64,000 bases of DNA, taken from the NCBI GenBank assembly GCA_030429765.1, contig JAUIER010000009.1, positions 49,941-113,940 of the forward strand, given 5' to 3'. The notes beneath the pieces were generated by a model, which made no database searches, was not told where the DNA came from, and saw only the letters and a list, made by a program, of their open reading frames with translations. Below, one piece after another: positions 60,401-64,000 of the stretch (position 1 is its first letter; each line of letters opens with the position of its first letter). This stretch comes from a bacterium. Lineage in GTDB: Bacteria > Omnitrophota > Gorgyraeia > Zapsychrales > Zapsychraceae. The position numbers and the translations under genes were made by a program.

Positions 60401-63400
60401 TATGTTCAGACAGCCGGAGATTCGATGAGCGGATCATTACAGTTTGTCGGGGTTGATTCGGATATCACCACCGGAACCGGTGAAGATTTGGCGTTGATGC
60501 CGGATTCAGGACGTGTCGGTGTTGGAACGACATCGCCGGATGCCGGAGCGATTCTTGATCTAAGTGCGACGGACAAAGCGCTTCGGTTAACTCGTCTGAG
60601 TGATCCTTCAACAGACATCGCCGTTCCACGTAACGGTATGATCGTCTATGACTCGACGGACGCGGAACTGCAAGCGTATGTGGGTGGTAGTTGGGTAATG
60701 CTGGCTGAAGGGGGCATGATCGATATCTCTGACGATACCAACTTGACGGCAGGTTTTGGTATTACGATTACAGGTGATACGGTGAGTGTCACAGATTTAT
60801 ATGTTCAGACAGCCGGTGATTCGATGACAGGATCATTGCAATTCGTCGGGGTGGCCAGTGACATCATCACGGCCACGGGTGAAGATCTGACCTTGCGACC
60901 GGGAACGGGCGGTGATGTGGTTGTCGCCCAATCGCGCTTGGGTGTCGGAACCAGCACACCGGGTGTGAGTACGATCCTTGATTTGAGCGCCGCGGACCGC
61001 GCGTTACGCGTCACCCGGCTCACAGATCCGTCGGCCAATATTGCCACACCGCTGAACGGTATGATCGCCTACGATTCAACAGACGATGAATTACAAGCGT
61101 ATGTCAACGGATCATGGGTGATGCTGGCCGAAGGCGGCATGATCGATATCTCCGATGATACCAACTTGACGGCAGGTTTTGGTATTACGATCACTGGTGA
61201 CACCGTGAGCGTGACCGATCTTTATGTTCAAACCGCGGGTGATTCGATGACAGGATCATTGCAGTTCGTCGGGGTGGCCAGTGACATCATCACGGCCGCA
61301 GGTGAAGATCTGACCTTACGACCGGGAACCGGCGGTGATGTGGTTGTCGCGCAATCGCGCTTGGGTGTCGGAACCAGCACGCCGGGCGTGAGTACGATCC
61401 TTGATTTGAGCGCCGCGGACCGAGCGTTACGCGTCACACGGCTCACAGATCCATCGGCCAATATTGCCACACCGCTGAATGGTATGATCGCCTATGATTC
61501 AACAGACAATGAATTACAAGCATATGTCAACGGATCATGGGTGATGCTGGCTGAAGGTGGAATGATCGATATCTCAGATGATACGAATTTGACAGCTGGA
61601 TTTGGTATCACCATTACAGGTGATACGATCAGTGTCACGGATCTGTATGTTCAAACAGCCGGTGATTCGATGACCGGTACATTACAATTCGTCGGTGTCA
61701 CAAATGATATCACCACCGCGACGGGCGAGGATTTGACATTACGTCCGGGAACCGGCGGTGATGTGGTGATTAGTCAGGGGACATTGACCTTCGACGGTGT
61801 GACGACTGATATCGCGACATCAGCCGGTGAAGATCTCACCATTCAGCCGGGAACCGGCGGTGATGTGATTGTGTCGCAATCGCGATTGGGTGTTGGTACA
61901 ACCGCGCCGGATGTAAGTACCATTTTGGATCTAAGCGCGACGGACCGAGCGCTACGCGTCACGCGATTGACTGATCCGTCCGCCAACATTGCCACACCAC
62001 GCAACGGTATGATCGTCTATGACTCTACGGACAACGAATTACAGGCGTATGTCAACGGATCATGGGTGATGCTGGCTGAGGGTGGCATGATCGACATCTC
62101 CGATGATACCAACTTGACGGCAGGTTTTGGTATTACGATCACGGGTGACACGGTAAGCGTTACGGATCTGTATGTTCAAACCGCCGGTGATTCGATGAGC
62201 GGATCATTACAGTTTGTCGGCGTTGATTCCGATATCACAACCGGCACAGGTGAAGATTTGGCCTTAATGCCGGATTCAGGTCGAGTGGGTGTTGGAACGA
62301 CATCACCGGATGCGGGAGCTATTCTTGACTTAAGTGCAACAGACAAGGCGCTTCGGTTAACTCGTCTGAGTGATCCTTCAACAGACATCGCGGTTCCACG
62401 TAACGGTATGATCGTCTATGACTCGACGGATGCGGAACTGCAAGCGTATGTGGGCGGCAGTTGGGTGATGCTGGCCGAAGGCGGCATGATCGATATCTCC
62501 GACGACACCAACCTCACGGCTGGCTTTGGTATTACGATTACCGGTGACACGGTCAGCGTCACGGATCTGTATGTTCAAACCGCCGGTGATTCGATGAGCG
62601 GCACGTTGCAGATGGCGCAATTGACTGATCCGTCGATCACCTTTACGCCGGACGGGGCCGACAGTGACTTCTGGGTAGGTGTTCAAGACAATGATAACGC
62701 TGCGAATGACGATGTCTTCCAGATCGGCGCCGGCAGCACTCCGGGCACCAATGCCTACTTCGCGATAACCACGGACGGAACCATCGACCTAAGCGGTTCA
62801 ACACTCGTTAAATTACCAAGCGGACCAACACCGGTGCTTCCACTGTCAGCGGGTGAAATTGTGCTTGATACCAATTTCTACTCCGCCAATCAGGGGGCGC
62901 TTCGACTATTTGATGGAACACAAGAAGCTCATGTCGTCAGTGTGACAGGCGGTCTTCCGGGTGATCAATTTGTTCCAAAATATTCATCGGGTACCGGTCT
63001 CATCACATGGCAAGCTGATGCGGATAGCGGGGCGCCGGCTTGGAATGCGATACTGGATGCGTCGGCTGTGGGAACAATTGACTTCAGGACATTTGAACAA
63101 CGCTTGGAAACCAGTATTACCGACGGTGTCGGCGGAACGGGATTGACATTGCGCGCGACAGATTTGGGAGTCGGTACCAGTGACGTGATTATGCTTGATA
63201 TCGACGCGTCGGCCGATGATGATCCAAACTTCATTCCATTGCGGATCACCGACAACACGAGTGCAGAGACTCTAATGGAGGTAGACTATCAAGGTAGTAT
63301 TCTCACCGAAGGAACCATCCGTGTGGCCGCGGACGCGGATCCGACCGTAACGTTTGAGCCGTCAGCCGGAGATACCAACTTCTGGTTGGGTGTTCAGGAT

Positions 63401-64000
63401 GATGCCGGTGGTGACGATGACGATCTCTTCCAGATTGGAGAAGGTGCGGCCGGCGGAAATGTTTATCTGACCATCGATTCAAATGGTCGTATCGGGGTCG
63501 GGACGACCGCGCCAGGTGCGAGTACCTTGCTGGATCTGTCCGCAACCGACGCGGCGCTTCGTATTACCCGCGTGAGCGATCCATCGGTCAACATCGCTTC
63601 GCCGCAGAACGGTATGATCGTTTATGATTCAACCGATAATGAATTGCAGGCCTACATTGGCGGCAGTTGGGTGATGCTGGCCGAAGGCGGTATGATTGAT
63701 ATCTCTGACGATACAAACTTGACGGCCGGATTTGGTATTACCTTGACCGGTGACACGGTGAGCGTGACGGATCTGTATGTTCAAACCGCCGGTGATTCGA
63801 TGAGTGGTTCACTACAATTTGTGGGCGTTGACTCGGATATCACCACCGGAACGGGTGAAGATCTGGCCTTGATGCCGGATTCAGGTCGAGTGGGTGTTGG
63901 TACGACATCACCGGATGCCGGAGCGATTCTTGATCTAAGTGCAACGGACAAAGCGCTTCGCCTGACACGCTTAAGTGATCCTTCAATAGACATTGCCGTC
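54443..64000 (+). CDS. Giant secreted repetitive fibre/adhesin-like protein, 3'-truncated by the window (at least 3186 codons)
   Basis: In-frame TGA at 54404, AAGGA RBS, TTG start, signal peptide ending AAFA; repeats with GRVGIG.T.P, NGMIVYDSTD.ELQAY.GGSW and LYVQTAGDSM.GSL; no stop seen in the stretches I translated and all repeat spacings are multiples of 3. Confidence 0.85.
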   Translation, partial: MLKRKSKIWLIRLLAILWMGVASLYMSTAAFAQLDIEAIFDTNDGTSGFDMQDVDNTTQVFIDSDGNIVTRGCVRLDSGLTECTDSETLIVDGTLGVGVVAPATVFHVDSNAGAATPIMTVENTVGDFQVHIFSGSPESNVIGSPGDLCVDPAGGMVYIKSAGAGTNTGWTEVATGGGMPQWTQTGTVVHPNTMSDDVAIGGTSEATAEVFFRNDGQTVFNEQGRAVSFRIEGDNVPNLFVVNGTLDRIGIGTSTPDAAAILDLSATNAALRLTRLSDPSTDIAVPRNGMIVYDSTDAELQAYVGGSWIMLAAGGMIDISSDTNLTAGFGITLTGDTVSVTDLYVQTAGDSMQGSLQFVGVGSDITTGTGEDLALMPDSGRVGIGVTAPDAGAILDLSATDKALRLTRLSDPATDIAVPRNGMIVYDSTDAELQAYVGGSWVMLAEGGMIDISSDTNLTAGFGITITGDTISVTDLYVQTAGDSMQGSLQFVGVGSDITTGTGEDLALMPDSGRVGIGVTAPDAGAILDLSATDKALRLTRLSDPSTDIAVPRNGMIVYDSTDAELQAYVGGSWVMLAEGGMIDISSDTNLTAGFGITITGDTVSVTDLYVQTAGDSMQGTLQFVGVATDITTAAGEDLTLQPGTGGDVVVSQSRLGVGTSTPGVSTILDLSATDRALRVTRLSDPSTDIVTPRNGMIVYDSTDAELQAYVGGSWVMLAEGGMIDISSDTNLTAGFGITITGDTVSVTDLYLQTAGDSMQGSLEFAGVATDIITSAGEDLTLQPGTGGDVVVSQSRLGVGTSTPGVSTILDLSATDRALRVTRLSDPTTDVATPRNGMIAYDSTDNELMAYINGSWQMLAEGGMIDISSDTNLTAGFGITITGDTVSVTDLYVQTAGDSMQGSLQFVGVGSDITTGTGEDLALMPGSGRVGIGVTAPDAGAILDLSATDKALRLTRLSDPSTDIAVPRNGMIVYDSTDAELQAYVGGSWVMLAEGGMIDISSDTNLTAGFGITITGDTVSVTDLYVQTAGDSMQGSLQFVGVATDITTAAGEDLTLQPGAGGDVVVSQSRLGVGTSTPGVSTILDLSASDRALRVTRLTDPAANIATPRNGMIAYDSSDNELQAYVNGSWVMLAEGGMIDISSDTNLTAGFGITITGDTVSVTDLYVQTAGDSMQGSLQFVGVATDITTAAGEDLTLQPGAGGDVVVSQSRLGVGTSTPDVSTILDLSATDRALRVTRLSDPSTDIATPRNGMIVYDSTDAELQAYVGGSWVMLAEGGMIDISDDTNLTAGFGITITGDTISVTDLYLQTAGDSMSGTLQMAQLSDPTMTFTPSGADTDFWIGVQDNNNNTNDDSFQIGAGSTAGSNSYFAITSDGTIDISGATLLKLPASASPVLPTSAGEVVLDLNALSGTTGQGLLTVSDGRQQTYVVATDTLPPADGRIPKYDAASGTIQWLPDNDTGFPAWDSIQDASGQGTIDYLTFSQRIETSITDGTGGIGLELRSTDLGVGTSDVVLLDLQAQQNDDPNFVPLRIRDDIGGTADTLVEVDYQGSILTEGTLRVAADADPSITFEPSGGDTNFWLGVQDDAGGDDDDVFQIGEGTVGGNIYLTVDSNGRIGVGTSTPALSSLLDLSATDAALRITRVSDPSVNIATPRNGMIVYDSTDNELQAYINGSWVMLAEGGMIDISDDTNLTAGFGITITGDTVSVTDLYVQSAGDSMSGSLQFVGVDSDITTGTGEDLALMPDSGRVGVGTTSPDAGAILDLSATDKALRLTRLSDPSTDIAVPRNGMIVYDSTDAELQAYVGGSWVMLAEGGMIDISDDTNLTAGFGITITGDTVSVTDLYVQTAGDSMTGSLQFVGVASDIITATGEDLTLRPGTGGDVVVAQSRLGVGTSTPGVSTILDLSATDRALRVTRLSDPTTDVVTPRNGMIAYDSTDNELMAYINGSWQMLAEGGMIDISDDTNLTAGFGITITGDTVSVTDLYVQTAGDSMSGSLQFVGVDSDITTGTGEDLALMPDSGRVGVGTTSPDAGAILDLSATDKALRLTRLSDPSTDIAVPRNGMIVYDSTDAELQAYVGGSWVMLAEGGMIDISDDTNLTAGFGITITGDTVSVTDLYVQTAGDSMTGSLQFVGVASDIITATGEDLTLRPGTGGDVVVAQSRLGVGTSTPGVSTILDLSAADRALRVTRLTDPSANIATPLNGMIAYDSTDDELQAYVNGSWVMLAEGGMIDISDDTNLTAGFGITITGDTVSVTDLYVQTAGDSMTGSLQFVGVASDIITAAGEDLTLRPGTGGDVVVAQSRLGVGTSTPGVSTILDLSAADRALRVTRLTDPSANIATPLNGMIAYDSTDNELQAYVNGSWVMLAEGGMIDISDDTNLTAGFGITITGDTISVTDLYVQTAGDSMTGTLQFVGVTNDITTATGEDLTLRPGTGGDVVISQGTLTFDGVTTDIATSAGEDLTIQPGTGGDVIVSQSRLGVGTTAPDVSTILDLSATDRALRVTRLTDPSANIATPRNGMIVYDSTDNELQAYVNGSWVMLAEGGMIDISDDTNLTAGFGITITGDTVSVTDLYVQTAGDSMSGSLQFVGVDSDITTGTGEDLALMPDSGRVGVGTTSPDAGAILDLSATDKALRLTRLSDPSTDIAVPRNGMIVYDSTDAELQAYVGGSWVMLAEGGMIDISDDTNLTAGFGITITGDTVSVTDLYVQTAGDSMSGTLQMAQLTDPSITFTPDGADSDFWVGVQDNDNAANDDVFQIGAGSTPGTNAYFAITTDGTIDLSGSTLVKLPSGPTPVLPLSAGEIVLDTNFYSANQGALRLFDGTQEAHVVSVTGGLPGDQFVPKYSSGTGLITWQADADSGAPAWNAILDASAVGTIDFRTFEQRLETSITDGVGGTGLTLRATDLGVGTSDVIMLDIDASADDDPNFIPLRITDNTSAETLMEVDYQGSILTEGTIRVAADADPTVTFEPSAGDTNFWLGVQDDAGGDDDDLFQIGEGAAGGNVYLTIDSNGRIGVGTTAPGASTLLDLSATDAALRITRVSDPSVNIASPQNGMIVYDSTDNELQAYIGGSWVMLAEGGMIDISDDTNLTAGFGITLTGDTVSVTDLYVQTAGDSMSGSLQFVGVDSDITTGTGEDLALMPDSGRVGVGTTSPDAGAILDLSATDKALRLTRLSDPSIDIAV
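55170..64000 (+). repeat. Intragenic tandem repeats of 399 and 423 bp, punctuated by about 1.2-kb modules
   Basis: Y(V/L)Q(T/S)AGDSM anchors at 55472, 55871, 56270, 56693, 57116, 57515, 57938, 58361, 59579, 59978, 60401, 60800, 61223, 61646, 62171, 62570, 63776. Confidence 0.92.

Noticed and set aside
54385-63993. Numerous repeated minus-strand and off-frame ORFs
   Set aside because: Shadows of the repetitive giant plus-strand ORF
55170-64000. Diversity-generating retroelement or prophage tail locus
   Set aside because: No reverse transcriptase or phage structural genes in the window; repeat differences are mostly synonymous rather than adenine-specific; the protein has a Sec-type signal peptide

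Overview
Bacterial chromosomal window of moderate GC, almost entirely + strand. Gene content and protein families suggest Candidatus Omnitrophota (PVC superphylum); this is inference. 1-52.7 kb is mostly housekeeping and envelope genes: smc 3' part, a GAF-GGDEF protein, cvpA-nif3-dnaG-rpoD, tRNA-Ile2(CAT), zinc-ribbon protein, rnhA overlapping rnpB, yebC-ruvC-ruvA-scpB, pheA-hisC-aroF-tyrA-cmk-lepA-lepB-plsY, dsbD/redoxin, GH15, two TMTC-like TPR glycosyltransferases, lexA, an ArnT/GT2 lipid A modification trio, pckA, DsbA/DoxX/AmmeMemo and an HTTM gene. The best candidate for a new system is 52.8-64 kb. There, a REP-associated tyrosine transposase (RAYT/Y1)-like gene whose HUH motif has lost its first His is embedded in three AT-rich arrays of 13-bp palindromic cores spaced every 25 bp. 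It lies directly upstream of a giant secreted fibre-like ORF (54443 to beyond the window end, at least 3186 codons, absent from the ORF track because it has no stop here) built from hierarchical 133/141-aa repeats. Also notable are a secreted-looking 798-aa protein carrying a RelA/SpoT-type HD hydrolase domain, inserted between rpoD and the tRNA, and an RNase H whose C-terminus is encoded by the 5' end of RNase P RNA.
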